Source: Methanobacteriota archaeon
Lineage (GTDB): Archaea; Thermoplasmatota; Poseidoniia; MGIII; CG-Epi1
DNA length: 64,000 bases
Direction of reading: 5' to 3'
Assembly: GCA_014240255.1 (NCBI GenBank)
Contig: JAAZXG010000003.1
Span: forward strand, 7,087 to 71,086
Below the pieces are notes generated by a model. It was not told the DNA's origin. It did not search any database and saw nothing but the letters and a program-made list of their open reading frames with translations. Below, piece after piece: positions 9,180 to 19,826 of the stretch (its first letter is position 1; every line of letters begins with the position of its first letter). Both the position numbers and the translations under genes were made by a program.

Positions 9180-10079
9180 TTATTTTACAGCAGCAGCTTT
9201 TCTTGATTCTTTAATCTTATCAGCAGCTTCACGTCTTGCCATTCTTTCTTGACGCCTAGCTTCTACTCTTTCAGTTATTAGCTTCATATACATTGCATCA
9301 TGCTCCATCAAAGGAGAATCTGAGATAACAATTACGTTGTAATCATTTTCTAATATTGCTTCAGCCAAATACTCGAATTTAATTTCTCCCTTTTTGATAG
9401 GAGAATAATGTCTTTCATTTCCTTCAATATCGAATTCAACACCTGAAAAGTGCATATAGAAATCTTTCAATCCTAATGAATCATCAATATATTTGAAAAC
9501 ACGTTTGAAACTATCTCTGTCATTTAACCAACGTCCACCTCTGGCGTGTAAATGTGGCCAGTTGATTACTGGAATAACTCCTCTAACGCGGTGGCATATT
9601 TCCATAACTTCTCTGATACTTCCGAAAAGGTCAGGTTTTCCAGATAATTCGATTCCAATAACTGGGCTGTAATTATTTTCTAAGTAATGATTTCTCATCT
9701 CTCTGAACATAGGCACTAATCTTTCAATTGCCTCTCTCGAAGAAATTCCATGATAAGGCCCAATGTGTGTAACTACTTTTCGTGCACCAATTTTGTTTCC
9801 AACTTCTCCAGCAAATTCAAGGAATTTATTAGATTTATTTCTCATATATCCATTGCCTAGAAAATCCATATAGTATGGAGCATGGATTGCCATGTGGATG
9901 TCCAATGATTGGGCAATTCCTCCTAGTTCTTCAAAATCATCGAGTTCATCAACATATTTGCCCCTTACAAGCTGAATTTCCATACTGTGTAAGCCTAGTG
10001 CGTGAATATCCTCAATACCATCTCTAATGGTTCTTCCTTTGCAGGAAAGAGGGATTCCTGCGGGTCCAAAACGTATCAT
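9180..10079 (-). CDS. Xylose-isomerase-like TIM-barrel protein (AP endonuclease family 2-like) with a charged C-terminal tail
   Basis: 299 aa. The HAPYYMDF, IGIELSGK and HFSGVEFD segments resemble the metal-binding His/Glu/Asp pattern of the AP_endonuc_2 fold. The tail is RRQERMARREAADKIKESRKAAAVK. The assignment is tentative. Confidence 0.4.
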   Translation of the reverse strand: MIRFGPAGIPLSCKGRTIRDGIEDIHALGLHSMEIQLVRGKYVDELDDFEELGGIAQSLDIHMAIHAPYYMDFLGNGYMRNKSNKFLEFAGEVGNKIGARKVVTHIGPYHGISSREAIERLVPMFREMRNHYLENNYSPVIGIELSGKPDLFGSIREVMEICHRVRGVIPVINWPHLHARGGRWLNDRDSFKRVFKYIDDSLGLKDFYMHFSGVEFDIEGNERHYSPIKKGEIKFEYLAEAILENDYNVIVISDSPLMEHDAMYMKLITERVEARRQERMARREAADKIKESRKAAAVK

Positions 10080-10202
10080 TGTTCACCGCGGATTGAATGG
10101 TCCTATAATTACTATTCGTCACTTTTCCATATTTTTGGGTATATTTTATCCCTAGTTGGCACTTTTTGTCTAATTTTTTAAGGGTCCCTCCTCTCGCAAT
10201 AT

Positions 10203-13064
10203 GTGAATCCAAAGGCTTTACAGAAAAAGTGGCAAAAAAAATGGGAGGAAGCCAAGCTCTTCGAATCAGAGCCTAAGGAAGATCAAGAGAAGTATTTTGT
10301 TAACTGTCCATATCCTTACATGAATGGATATTTGCATCTAGGTCATGCATTCACCTATCTCCGAGCAGATATGGTTTCTAGATATCAAAGAATGAAGAAT
10401 AAAAATGTACTTTTCCCTTTTGCATTCCATTGTACTGGAACGCCAATTGTAGCTGCAGCTCAGAGAGTTAAAGAAGGTGAAAAGACTCAAATTCAAGCAT
10501 TGAAACAGATGGGTCTAAGTGATTCACTTATCAAGAAATTTTCAAAGCCTGAAGAATGGACCAATCATTTCCCAGGAAAAGCAATTAAAGATTTGAAAGA
10601 ATTCGGAGCTTCTGTAGACTGGAGACGAAGTTTCATTACAACTAGTTTAAACCCTTCTTACGATCATTTTATACGGTGGCAATTCAACCAATTATTAGCT
10701 AAAGAATATTTGATTAAAGGCAGTTTTCCAGTTGTTTGGTGTCCTAAAAGAGAAACTGTAGTTGGAGATCATGATAGACTTTCTGGAGAAGGTGAAACAC
10801 CACAAGAATATACTCTGTTAAAATTTAAAGGTGAAGAATATTTCCTTGTTGCTGCAACATTACGCCCTGAAACCGTATTCGGTCAAACTAACATTTGGGT
10901 CGATGGTAAAGGCACATATGTTAAGGCAAAAGTTGGTGAAGAAATATGGGTTATGTCACAGGCAATGCCTCAGAAACTAAGACTACAAGGTCATGAAGTA
11001 GAAGAATTAGAGGAAGTTGAAGGTCGTAGTTTAGTTGGACAAAGATACGTTGCTCCTCAAATTAATAGAGAAGTAATTGTCTTGCCTTCAAAATTTTGCG
11101 ATGCTTCAATTGGATCTGGAATTGTCACTTCAGTTCCTAGTGATTCCCCAGATGATTATCAAGGCTTAGTGGATTTACAAAGTTCTAGTTCAGATTGTGA
11201 AAGATGGGGCTTAGATTTTGAAGAAGTCAAAGCAATTCAACCAATTCCGATATTAGATTCAGGAGAAATGGGCACGCTTCCAGCGCCGAAACTTTGCGAA
11301 GACTTAGGAGTCAAAAATCAAACTGAAAGAAATAAATTGGATAAAGCTAAACAAGAATTGTACATGCACAGTTTCAATCATGGTGTCATGTTAGAATCTG
11401 CAGATTATGTGGCAGGTAAATCAGTTGAAGAAGCTAGAGATATCGTAAAAAATAAATTAGTAGAAAAAGGAAAAGCAGATATTTATTATGAGCTCACAGG
11501 TCCCGTTCAATCACGATGGCTTGCAGATTGTATGGTTAAAATTGTAGACAATCAATGGTTCTTAGAATATAGTAGTGAAGATTGGACTAAAACAACTGAA
11601 GAGGCACTTGCCTCTATGGAATTATATCCTACAAAGTCGCGTTCACAATTTGAATATGTTTTACAATGGTTGAAAAATTGGGCATGTGTTCGAGAAAAAG
11701 GGTTAGGAACAAGATTACCGTGGGATGAAAATTGGGTTATTGAATCATTGAGTGATTCAACAATTTACATGGCCTTCTACACAGTTGCTCATTACTTGAA
11801 GGAATTAGATGCAGACCAGTTAACGGAATCATTATTTGATGCCATATTTGGCGAAGGAAATACCAAATTAGCTGCCGATGAAAGTGGCGTGGCGCAGGCA
11901 GATGTTCTCAAATGGCGTAATGAATTCAATTATTGGTATCCATATGATTTACGAATTAGTGGTAAAGATCTGATTCAAAATCATTTAGCTTTTAGTTTAT
12001 TCAATCATACCGCAATGTTTGAGAAAAATAAATGGCCAAGAGGTTTTGCAGTTAATGGCTGGGTTCTTGTTAATGGCGAAAAAATGTCTAAATCCAAAGG
12101 TAATTTTTTCACACTTAAAGAATTGAATGAAAAGTATGGTGCCGATGTTGTCCGTTTTACATTATGCAATGCAGGTGAAGGTTTAGATGATCCTAATTGG
12201 GAATTGTCATTTGCTGAAACTGCAGGTAAAAAGTTGAATAATTGGCTATCTTTTGTAAAAGAGAATAAAGAGAAGGGCCGCACAACTTCACATTCGGTTG
12301 ATGATTGGTTTCGTGAAATTATGGCAAGTATTTCCCATCAAGCTAATGCAGCCTCTGAAAGGCTCAAGTTTAGAACTTCAACACGTCTTCTTTTCTTTGA
12401 ACTACCTCAATACTTCAAATGGTATCTTCAGAGAACTGGAGAAGCTCATAAAGATATTTTGAAAGAATACATATCGATTGTAACTAGGGGCATTGCTCCA
12501 GTTGTTCCACATACTGCCGAAGAAGCTTGGTCTATTAGTGGTGAAGATGGTTTTGTTCTCAATCAAGTTTTTCCAGAAGGTCATGAGCCTGATTTAACTT
12601 TGGTAACTGGTGAAGATTTAGTTAGACAGACTTTAGATGATACTAGAGCCATTTTGAATATAGCTGGTATTGATAATCCTAAAGAAATCGTATTCATAGT
12701 TGCTCCAGAATGGAAATGGAATGCAATTCATACAGCCGGGCAATTAGCAGATGGTCGCGGTCAAGTTAAATTAAATCAACTCATTTCAAGTGTAATGCCA
12801 AATATACCCCCAGAGTCAAAGAAATTAGGGGCTGATTTCTTGAAGAAATGGGTTTTGAGAGATATTCCTTCATTAGGCCCAGGTTGGCAGAGTAAGTACA
12901 GTTTACAGATTGATGAAGAGGAAATACTCTCTGCGTCCATAGATTTTTTCAGTAAAATATTTAGCTGTGAAATCTCTGTTGTTAATGCAGATAAGGCAAG
13001 GTCTAGACACGTGACCAAAGGAAATCAGAGTTCTCCATTAAGGCCTGCGATTTTTGTTTCATAA
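10203..13064 (+). CDS. leuS: Leucyl-tRNA synthetase, archaeal type (GTG start)
   Basis: 953 aa. HIGH motif (PYMNGYLHLGHAF), KMSKS (GEKMSKSKGNF), and a CP1 editing insertion. Confidence 0.9.
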   Translation: MNPKALQKKWQKKWEEAKLFESEPKEDQEKYFVNCPYPYMNGYLHLGHAFTYLRADMVSRYQRMKNKNVLFPFAFHCTGTPIVAAAQRVKEGEKTQIQALKQMGLSDSLIKKFSKPEEWTNHFPGKAIKDLKEFGASVDWRRSFITTSLNPSYDHFIRWQFNQLLAKEYLIKGSFPVVWCPKRETVVGDHDRLSGEGETPQEYTLLKFKGEEYFLVAATLRPETVFGQTNIWVDGKGTYVKAKVGEEIWVMSQAMPQKLRLQGHEVEELEEVEGRSLVGQRYVAPQINREVIVLPSKFCDASIGSGIVTSVPSDSPDDYQGLVDLQSSSSDCERWGLDFEEVKAIQPIPILDSGEMGTLPAPKLCEDLGVKNQTERNKLDKAKQELYMHSFNHGVMLESADYVAGKSVEEARDIVKNKLVEKGKADIYYELTGPVQSRWLADCMVKIVDNQWFLEYSSEDWTKTTEEALASMELYPTKSRSQFEYVLQWLKNWACVREKGLGTRLPWDENWVIESLSDSTIYMAFYTVAHYLKELDADQLTESLFDAIFGEGNTKLAADESGVAQADVLKWRNEFNYWYPYDLRISGKDLIQNHLAFSLFNHTAMFEKNKWPRGFAVNGWVLVNGEKMSKSKGNFFTLKELNEKYGADVVRFTLCNAGEGLDDPNWELSFAETAGKKLNNWLSFVKENKEKGRTTSHSVDDWFREIMASISHQANAASERLKFRTSTRLLFFELPQYFKWYLQRTGEAHKDILKEYISIVTRGIAPVVPHTAEEAWSISGEDGFVLNQVFPEGHEPDLTLVTGEDLVRQTLDDTRAILNIAGIDNPKEIVFIVAPEWKWNAIHTAGQLADGRGQVKLNQLISSVMPNIPPESKKLGADFLKKWVLRDIPSLGPGWQSKYSLQIDEEEILSASIDFFSKIFSCEISVVNADKARSRHVTKGNQSSPLRPAIFVS

Positions 13065-13182
13065 AATGGCTTCTATCGTCTATAAATAGCCCCTAAAATG
13101 CCCCTTATTCTTTTTCCCAATCTTTATAAATGCCTCTCTTTTCCAACGGACCCCGAGTGAGAGCATTTGCTCTCTGGAGACA

Positions 13183-15459
13183 ATGAATATGACTCAAAAG
13201 CGTAATTCGCGAATAGCCTTGCTAGCCGTAGCAATGCTCCTATCAGGAGCCTTGTTAGGACTAATGTCAGAGGACTCTTCAGCTGCAGATTATAATGCAG
13301 TTGGTTTCATTTCCTCAACAGATTCCTCTGGTGTATCTGTGACTTATATTAATCAAGAATCTGGAAATTCAGCAACTACTACTAGTGAAGATGATGGTTC
13401 ATACTCATTTGATAATTTATACGATGGTGAATATTCGGTTAGATATTCAAAAGCGGGTTATTTGTCAGTATTAGACAATTGGACTATACCTTCAGATTTA
13501 CCTTTGACTGAAGTATCTATGGTTGCAGCCCCATCTGGTTCTACTACCGTCACAGTCAATGTAAAGGATGGAGATGATACTGTTATTGAAGATGCTACAG
13601 TTTATCTTATGTCAGCAACCACTGAGGACTCTTGGTGGAATGATATTTCAGTAGGATATACAGTTTCCAATGCAACTGATGATGAAGGTAACACAGATTT
13701 TGAATCTTTAACTGCAGATCAATATGATATTAGAGTAGAAGCATCAGGTTATACTACTGCCTTTGGAACTACTGCAGATACAAATATAGTAATGAATGCT
13801 TTGAACAATACTAACAAGCAAACTGTACGCGTTTTCGATTCTTCAGGTAATCCATTATCTAATGCAAATGTTTTCATGTATGATGCAACTTCGTCTACAT
13901 GGTATGATTCAACTAAAGTTGGATATACTTACTACTTACAACCTACGGCAGGTTCTGAAGTTTATGTTTACGCTTATCACGCAGGTTCTACACCTTCAGT
14001 AAAGAGAATAGCTAGTGTTTCAGGCACAGATACTCATAATATGAATGTTAATGGTAATTCAGCAGCTGATGATGGTACAATTTACATTAATGCAGCTCCA
14101 TCAAATGGTGGACAGTCAATGGAACCACTATCAGGTGACCGTATGATTAAGTTGAATCCAGGACCTACAGCCAGTATGTCTGTAACAAGTGAAACAACTG
14201 AAATGGACGATAAGCACGTTATAGCAGCAGATGGAACTGTTAACTTTTCAGCATCTTCTTCAACTTCACCAGTTGGAGGACTCACTTACAGCTGGGGTTC
14301 AGAAACATTCTCAAGCTCATATGCAGCTGGCGAGCATTCAGTAAGTGTTACTGTCACTGATGAATTCGGAGCACAAGACACAGCAAGTATTACAATTGTA
14401 GCAGATGGAGATAGTCCTGTTGCTGCTTTTGCAACAACTGTGAAAACCAATGCAGGATCAGAGGATATTACTTATGACGGAATGAATCTTGATGAAGATA
14501 TCAATACTGCTATTTTCAATGGTTCTACTTCCAGTGATTCAGTAGGTATTGCTTCTTATTCTTGGGACTTTGGAGATGAATCTTCCGATTCAGGTTCAAT
14601 TGTAAATCATATATTTGATAATCCCGGAACATATGATGTTGTTTTAACAGTAACAGATATTGCCGGTAATTCAGATACCGAAACGCTATCAGTAATAGTT
14701 AATGATATCACTTCACCTAGTGCAGACTTTAGTTGGCATTATCTAAATGAAACAGGTAGTGAAATTAATGGGGCTTCAATAGAAGGTGAAAAAACATTCT
14801 TCAATGCAAGTCGTTCTTCAGATAACTCTGGAGATGATTTAGTTTATGCTTGGGACTTTGGAGATGGTAATGAAGGTAATGGAATGAATATTAACCATAC
14901 TTTCAATGGAACAACTGAGGATGGCTTTAATGTCGTTCTTACTGTAACCGATTCTTCAAATATGTCTGATGTTATCTCATACAAGATTAAACCAGCTTTG
15001 AAATCTAGACCAGATATTTACATGGTTTCCATGAGCTTTAGTGATAATCTTGAAGAAGGAAATATTATTACTCTAGATGCAACTGTTAGGTGTCTTTGTG
15101 ACGATGCAAAAATAGATAGTGCTTTCGAAGTAGCTTTCTATTTGGATAATTTAGAAGGCACTGTAATTGGTACAGCAATGATTGATGGCAGTGATTTAGA
15201 AGCTCTAAACAATGGTACAAACGTAAATGTTACCACAACTTGGACTGCAGTGTCAGGTTCTCAGACAATTTATGTGGATGCAGATTCAACCAATATTGTT
15301 GATGAAAGTCAAGAAAAGAACGAACTTTCAAAGCCAATAACAATTAGTGCTAAAGATGATTCATCTGATGTTACATCTATGACAATGATAATAATTGTTG
15401 TTTTGGCTGCTTTCGGAGCTGTTGCATACATCTACCGCGATTCTTTATTCAGTAATTAG
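13183..15459 (+). CDS. Cell-surface protein with signal peptide, PKD-domain repeats and a C-terminal TM anchor
   Basis: Signal peptide MNMTQKRNSRIALLAVAMLLSGALLGL. Repeated PKD-like units (YSWDFGDESSDSGSIVNHIFDNPGTYDVVLTVTD and AWDFGDGNEGNGMNINHTF...VVLTVTD). A hydrophobic tail MIIIVVLAAFGAVAYIY. A TTTATAAA box lies about 55 nt upstream. Confidence 0.6.
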   Translation: MNMTQKRNSRIALLAVAMLLSGALLGLMSEDSSAADYNAVGFISSTDSSGVSVTYINQESGNSATTTSEDDGSYSFDNLYDGEYSVRYSKAGYLSVLDNWTIPSDLPLTEVSMVAAPSGSTTVTVNVKDGDDTVIEDATVYLMSATTEDSWWNDISVGYTVSNATDDEGNTDFESLTADQYDIRVEASGYTTAFGTTADTNIVMNALNNTNKQTVRVFDSSGNPLSNANVFMYDATSSTWYDSTKVGYTYYLQPTAGSEVYVYAYHAGSTPSVKRIASVSGTDTHNMNVNGNSAADDGTIYINAAPSNGGQSMEPLSGDRMIKLNPGPTASMSVTSETTEMDDKHVIAADGTVNFSASSSTSPVGGLTYSWGSETFSSSYAAGEHSVSVTVTDEFGAQDTASITIVADGDSPVAAFATTVKTNAGSEDITYDGMNLDEDINTAIFNGSTSSDSVGIASYSWDFGDESSDSGSIVNHIFDNPGTYDVVLTVTDIAGNSDTETLSVIVNDITSPSADFSWHYLNETGSEINGASIEGEKTFFNASRSSDNSGDDLVYAWDFGDGNEGNGMNINHTFNGTTEDGFNVVLTVTDSSNMSDVISYKIKPALKSRPDIYMVSMSFSDNLEEGNIITLDATVRCLCDDAKIDSAFEVAFYLDNLEGTVIGTAMIDGSDLEALNNGTNVNVTTTWTAVSGSQTIYVDADSTNIVDESQEKNELSKPITISAKDDSSDVTSMTMIIIVVLAAFGAVAYIYRDSLFSN

Positions 15460-15485
15460 AGAATTAAACTAAGAGAGACTAGGGT

Positions 15486-16124
15486 ATGGAAACTGACCTA
15501 GTCATTGGTCTTGCTATTGCCGGAGTTACACTAGGCATAGTCGAAGGAGTAAAGCCAGGACCGCTTTTAACAACAGTAATCAAAGAAACATTGACAAATG
15601 GTTTCAAGGGCGGAATACGAGCTGCTTCAGCTCCTATTTTCACTGATGGGCCTTTGATCATACTTAGTATTTTTGTTGCAGGTTGGATAGCAACGCAACC
15701 ACTTATTCTGTGCTGTATTTCACTAATAGGGGCTGTATTTCTTACACGAATGGGAATGGAATGCTTCAGTTTAGGTCTTCCAGAGATTGATTCCGAAGAA
15801 GTAGATATTTCCAAATCATTTATGCGAGGTATTATCACTAACTTGTTGAATCCAAGTGTGTATGTTTTTTGGTTCTTAGTGGGTGGTCCAATTATGGCTA
15901 CAGCAGCTGATGAAGAACATTTTGCTCCAGTAGCTTATGCACTATCTTTTTTGATTAGTATTGTTTTAGTTAAGATTACAATAGCTTATTTTTTCAGTAA
16001 GGCCAAAGGCAATATTTCAGCTGAGAATTATCAACTAGCATTGAGAATATGTGGAGTAGCAATGTTTCTTTTTGCAATTAGTTTTGTTTACAGAGCTTTT
16101 GGTTTGTGGCAAAATGGTTTCTGA
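15486..16124 (+). CDS. LysE/RhtB-type amino-acid exporter family membrane protein
   Basis: 212 aa, 6 TM, with a glycine-rich N-terminal helix (GLAIAGVTLGIVEGVKPGP) typical of LysE-type translocators. Confidence 0.45.
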   Translation: METDLVIGLAIAGVTLGIVEGVKPGPLLTTVIKETLTNGFKGGIRAASAPIFTDGPLIILSIFVAGWIATQPLILCCISLIGAVFLTRMGMECFSLGLPEIDSEEVDISKSFMRGIITNLLNPSVYVFWFLVGGPIMATAADEEHFAPVAYALSFLISIVLVKITIAYFFSKAKGNISAENYQLALRICGVAMFLFAISFVYRAFGLWQNGF

Positions 16125-17117
16125 TTAGTGTCCGCGTTTTGCCATTTTAGTATCTAGTTTAGATTCTTCTAAACCAGCCATGGCATCACCCAATCCTTCA
16201 GACACTTTTCCTACTAACTTAGCATCATCAAAGTGAGCTGTCGCTTCTACAACGGCTTTAGCCATTGTAGTTGGATCTTCAGACTTGAAAATTCCAGATC
16301 CTACAAATATTCCATCCATCCCAAATTGCATCATTAACGCTGCATCAGCAGGTGTAGCAATACCGCCGGCAGTGAAAGTAACAACAGGTAAACGTCCTAA
16401 TTTCTTAATTTCACCGAGAATTTCAGTGACTTCACCTTCAATATTTTTTCTAGATTTTCCGAATGCGTTATAACCTGCAGACTCTCCTAAATTTCCTTTT
16501 GCTTCTTCATCTAAAACAAAGAATTTATCAACCATACGGGTAGCAATCTTTTCTAATTTTGTAGAAGCTTGAACAGCAGCTATTTCAGCTTGTAATAGTC
16601 TTGCATGTCTCATTGCAGCAACAACATTTCCTGTGCCAGCTTCTCCCTTTGTTCTTATCATTGCCGAACCTTCCCATATTCTTCTAACGGCTTCACCAAG
16701 AGAAGTTGCACCGCAGACAAAGGGTACTGTAAAGTCGTCTTTCACGACGTGATAATAGGGATCTGCAGGCGTCAAAACTTCAGATTCATCAATCATGTCA
16801 ACACCTAATGCCTCCAAAACTTTAGCTTCAGCAGTATGTCCAATTCTACATTTTGCCATAACTGGAATAGTAGTACATTCTATAATCTCTTTAATCATAT
16901 TAGGATTTGACATTCTTGCAACACCACCATCAGCCCTTATGTCTGAAGGTACACGTTCCAAAGCCATAACTGCGACAGCACCAGCATCTTCTGCAATTTT
17001 TGCTTGTTTAGCATTAACCACATCCATGATTACTCCGCCTTTTTGCATTCTTGCGAAACCACGTTTTACGAGTTCTTTTCCGTGTCTTAATGATTCCAAA
17101 TCTAATTCTTTACTCAT
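16125..17117 (-). CDS. pdxS: Pyridoxal 5'-phosphate synthase, lyase subunit
   Basis: [69 protein letters not shown] is the canonical PdxS/SNZ N-terminus. The six-frame ORF's GTG extension (to 17156) would run into tRNA-Ala, so the start is set at the internal ATG. Confidence 0.9.
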   Translation of the reverse strand: MSKELDLESLRHGKELVKRGFARMQKGGVIMDVVNAKQAKIAEDAGAVAVMALERVPSDIRADGGVARMSNPNMIKEIIECTTIPVMAKCRIGHTAEAKVLEALGVDMIDESEVLTPADPYYHVVKDDFTVPFVCGATSLGEAVRRIWEGSAMIRTKGEAGTGNVVAAMRHARLLQAEIAAVQASTKLEKIATRMVDKFFVLDEEAKGNLGESAGYNAFGKSRKNIEGEVTEILGEIKKLGRLPVVTFTAGGIATPADAALMMQFGMDGIFVGSGIFKSEDPTTMAKAVVEATAHFDDAKLVGKVSEGLGDAMAGLEESKLDTKMAKRGH

Positions 17118-17131
17118 TTTTCTCCTATTGG

Positions 17132-17205
17132 TGGACCGGGTGGGATTTGAACCCACGACCTCCGCCTTGCGAAGGCGGTAATCTTCCAGACTGATATACC
17201 GGCCC
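17132..17205 (-). tRNA. tRNA-Ala (anticodon CGC); CCA encoded (complement 17129-17131)
   Basis: GGGCCGGTA...CCGCC-TTCGCAA-GGCGG...GTGGGTTCAAATCCCAC-CCGGTCC-A-CCA has the G3:U70 Ala identity pair and anticodon CGC. Confidence 0.8.
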
Positions 17206-17248
17206 CTGAGTTATAACTATTGGCACCGGTTTAAAAAAATCAAAGTAA

Positions 17249-18085
17249 TTATGCCGCACTATTTGTTTCCAAATGTTGTGCTGCAGCTTCACTTAATTGT
17301 TCATATAATTCATCGTCTTCTACGTTAGAATATGATACTTTGTTATCTCGTCCACGATTTATCATCATAATATCAAATTCAGAAGTTATATTATCAACGT
17401 AAGACATGATAGCATATTCTTTTCCGTCTACTTCCAAAGCTCCATGTATCTTCATTTTAATTTCGATACCATCTTGATCTTCAAAAATTTCTATATCGTC
17501 ATTTTCAACAATAGCCTCAGTCTTTGACTTAGATCCGAAAAGTGAACTTCCCCATCCTTTGAGTTTAGTTTCTTCTTCGGTAATTTCACGACCCATGGAT
17601 TCAGACCAGGATTTGATAATATCTTCTTTACTCATTCCGATAGTAGCTTCTACTTTCTTCCAATTATTTAGAATCCAAGGAGGGTTATCGAATTTAGTAC
17701 AAAGAGCTTGTAAGAACATTCTTAAATCATTAGGATTTTCAGTACCAATTTTAAGTTCAATCAAAGAGTTTTTTGGACTTCCAAAAAATCCTTTATATTT
17801 TATTGCGCTAAGTCTGGCCTTAAAACCTGCAAACCGAAAAGAAATACTCCAATTCATTTCGTCAAAGCCACTTTCTCGGAGTCTTATCTTTGCTCCGTCG
17901 TCAACAGTTGTACAAGCTTCCCAGAATTTTTCCCCAAAATCAGTAAACCATAATAATCCAAAAGTCCCTCTATTTTTAATTTCATAATTGCCTAATTTAA
18001 GGGCACTGGTTTTCAACATCGGGTGTTTATTGCGTGGTTGAGCTATCAATGTAACGGAATGCACTAATTTAGCACGAATAGGCAT
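17249..18085 (-). CDS. Hypothetical protein with a DUF1292-like C-terminal region
   Basis: 278 aa. GGTGA lies 8 nt before the ATG. The C-terminus (DIEIFEDQDGIEIKMKIHGALEVDGKEYAIMSYVDN...DDELYEQL) resembles the DUF1292/UPF0473 acidic beta-hairpin motif. Confidence 0.35.
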   Translation of the reverse strand: MPIRAKLVHSVTLIAQPRNKHPMLKTSALKLGNYEIKNRGTFGLLWFTDFGEKFWEACTTVDDGAKIRLRESGFDEMNWSISFRFAGFKARLSAIKYKGFFGSPKNSLIELKIGTENPNDLRMFLQALCTKFDNPPWILNNWKKVEATIGMSKEDIIKSWSESMGREITEEETKLKGWGSSLFGSKSKTEAIVENDDIEIFEDQDGIEIKMKIHGALEVDGKEYAIMSYVDNITSEFDIMMINRGRDNKVSYSNVEDDELYEQLSEAAAQHLETNSAA

Positions 18086-18256
18086 GCATAAAACATCACC
18101 GCTAGTTTTAATAACGGTCTACCTCAGCAGAACGTAGGCCTTAGGGTCATTGACGGTAACCAATTCACAAATCTGCCTTTGGATTTATACATAGGCATTA
18201 GAAACAGAATTAACCCGCCCATGGTTCAGAGGTTAAACACAAAAAGAGATGGTAAT

Positions 18257-19528
18257 ATGAATATAGATCCAACAAGTAGTAAATACGTAATTAAAGCTTC
18301 AATTAGAGCAAATGGCGTAGTAAATAAATCAGATGTAGTAGGGGCCGTTTTCGGTCAGACAGAAGGATTATTAGGTGATGAATTAGATCTTCGTGATCTT
18401 CAGAAAAGCGGACGAATGGGCCGTGTAGAAGTAGAAATACGAAGTGATAAAGGAAAATCCACAGGAGAGATAGTAATTTCTTCTAGTATGGACCAAGTAG
18501 AAACTTCAGTTTTTGCGGCAGCTTTAGAAACGGTAGAACGTGTAGGTCCTTGTAAGGCTACAGTTAAAATTACAGCGTTAGAAGACAGTCGCTCTACTAA
18601 GCGTGAAACAATTATTGATCGCGCACGCACATTATTGATTGACTTAATCAAAAATTCCCGAACTGCAGGTTCAACAATAACAGACACAGTTCGTCAAGCA
18701 CTTCAAGTAGAAGAAATAGTTCGATTTAAAGGTAAATTACCTGCAGGTCCGAATGTTGAAACTAGTGACGCAGTCATAGTTGTTGAAGGGCGTGGAGATG
18801 TTTTGAATTTATTGAAACATGGAATAAAGAACTCAGTAGCAGTCGAAGGAACTAACATACCTAAGGAAGTCGTAGGACTAAGTAAGGAAAGAACAGTTAC
18901 AGCCTTTGTTGATGGCGACAGAGGTGGCCAAATGATAATTCAAGAACTTTTACAAGTTGCTGAAATAGATTTCATTGCTCGAGCTCCAGAAAATACTGAA
19001 GTCGAATATTTGACACATAAACAAATAATGAAATCTTTGAGAGACAAAGTGACAGCAGAATTGTTTATGGAACAAAATAAATGGGCCAGACCAGGTTCTG
19101 GTAATTCAAAAAAACCAGCTAAGAAGAATAACCCAAAAGGTCCTTCTAAGGTTAGTCCAAAATCCAGTTCCGTACCTAAAGCAGCAGCTCCTAAGGAAGC
19201 TGAACCTGCACCAGAAGTCCCAGTAGAGCCAGCCGTAGCTAGCCCAATTTATATTGAGCAATTAGATCAGCTTCAAGGAAGTAAAAATGCACGATTATTA
19301 ATGGGTGATGAGATGGCTGATGAAGTTTCCATTGGTGGTCTTCAAGAAGTTCTGGAAAAGCACAAAAGCAATGGAGTAAATACCTTGGTTATGGACGGAA
19401 TTATTACACAAAGACTAATTGAATTAGTTTCTAAAGTAGGAATAAATACAGTTGTAGCTGAAAAGAAAGGTCCGCTTCCAAGAGATCCTGTCGGAATTTC
19501 AATGTTTACTCGTGAAGATTTAACTTAG
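18257..19528 (+). CDS. dnaG: DNA primase DnaG (archaeal, TOPRIM)
   Basis: MNIDPTSSKYVIKASIRANGVVNKSDVVGAVFGQTEGLLGDELDLRDLQKSGRMGRVEVEI is the archaeal DnaG N-terminus. The TOPRIM segment is VIVVEGRGDVLNLLKHGI...FVDGDRGGQ. A low-complexity K/P/A linker precedes the C-terminal domain. The start is taken at the internal ATG 18257; the ORF track begins at 18179. Confidence 0.8.
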   Translation: MNIDPTSSKYVIKASIRANGVVNKSDVVGAVFGQTEGLLGDELDLRDLQKSGRMGRVEVEIRSDKGKSTGEIVISSSMDQVETSVFAAALETVERVGPCKATVKITALEDSRSTKRETIIDRARTLLIDLIKNSRTAGSTITDTVRQALQVEEIVRFKGKLPAGPNVETSDAVIVVEGRGDVLNLLKHGIKNSVAVEGTNIPKEVVGLSKERTVTAFVDGDRGGQMIIQELLQVAEIDFIARAPENTEVEYLTHKQIMKSLRDKVTAELFMEQNKWARPGSGNSKKPAKKNNPKGPSKVSPKSSSVPKAAAPKEAEPAPEVPVEPAVASPIYIEQLDQLQGSKNARLLMGDEMADEVSIGGLQEVLEKHKSNGVNTLVMDGIITQRLIELVSKVGINTVVAEKKGPLPRDPVGISMFTREDLT

Positions 19529-19598
19529 AATAATATAGATTCACAATTTCAAGCTTTAGCCAAATGGTTATATCCCACTCTAGTGGTGAGCTAAAGCT

Positions 19599-19826
19599 AT
19601 GGCCGATGAAGTTAAGATTGATGAAGAAGGTTTACGACGTTCTGCTCGAAGTCAGATAATAGTAGACACTATTGAGCGTAGTCTTGAAAAGATGATATTT
19701 GTAGAGTCTAATTTGGGTAAAGAGATGGATCCTCAGGATCTTTTCCAAGTAAGGAGAGAAGCAGTAGCAGCAGTTGCAGAATTAAAATATGCAATTTCTG
19801 TTCTAACCGGGAAGCTAGAGATTTAA
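19599..19826 (+). CDS. Small hypothetical helical protein (75 aa), translationally coupled to pyrF
   Basis: ORF only; its TAA overlaps the pyrF ATG by 1 nt (TAATG). Confidence 0.3.
   Translation: MADEVKIDEEGLRRSARSQIIVDTIERSLEKMIFVESNLGKEMDPQDLFQVRREAVAAVAELKYAISVLTGKLEI

Noticed and set aside
10024-10212. 62-aa minus-strand ORF between the TIM-barrel gene and leuS
   Set aside because: It lies in the divergent promoter region, overlaps both neighbours' ends, and has no SD or motif.
17118-17156. N-terminal GTG extension of the pdxS ORF ([13 protein letters not shown])
   Set aside because: It would overlap tRNA-Ala on the same strand. The conserved PdxS N-terminus begins at the internal ATG (17117).
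16795-17181. 128-aa plus-strand ORF
   Set aside because: Antisense to pdxS and running across tRNA-Ala; spurious.
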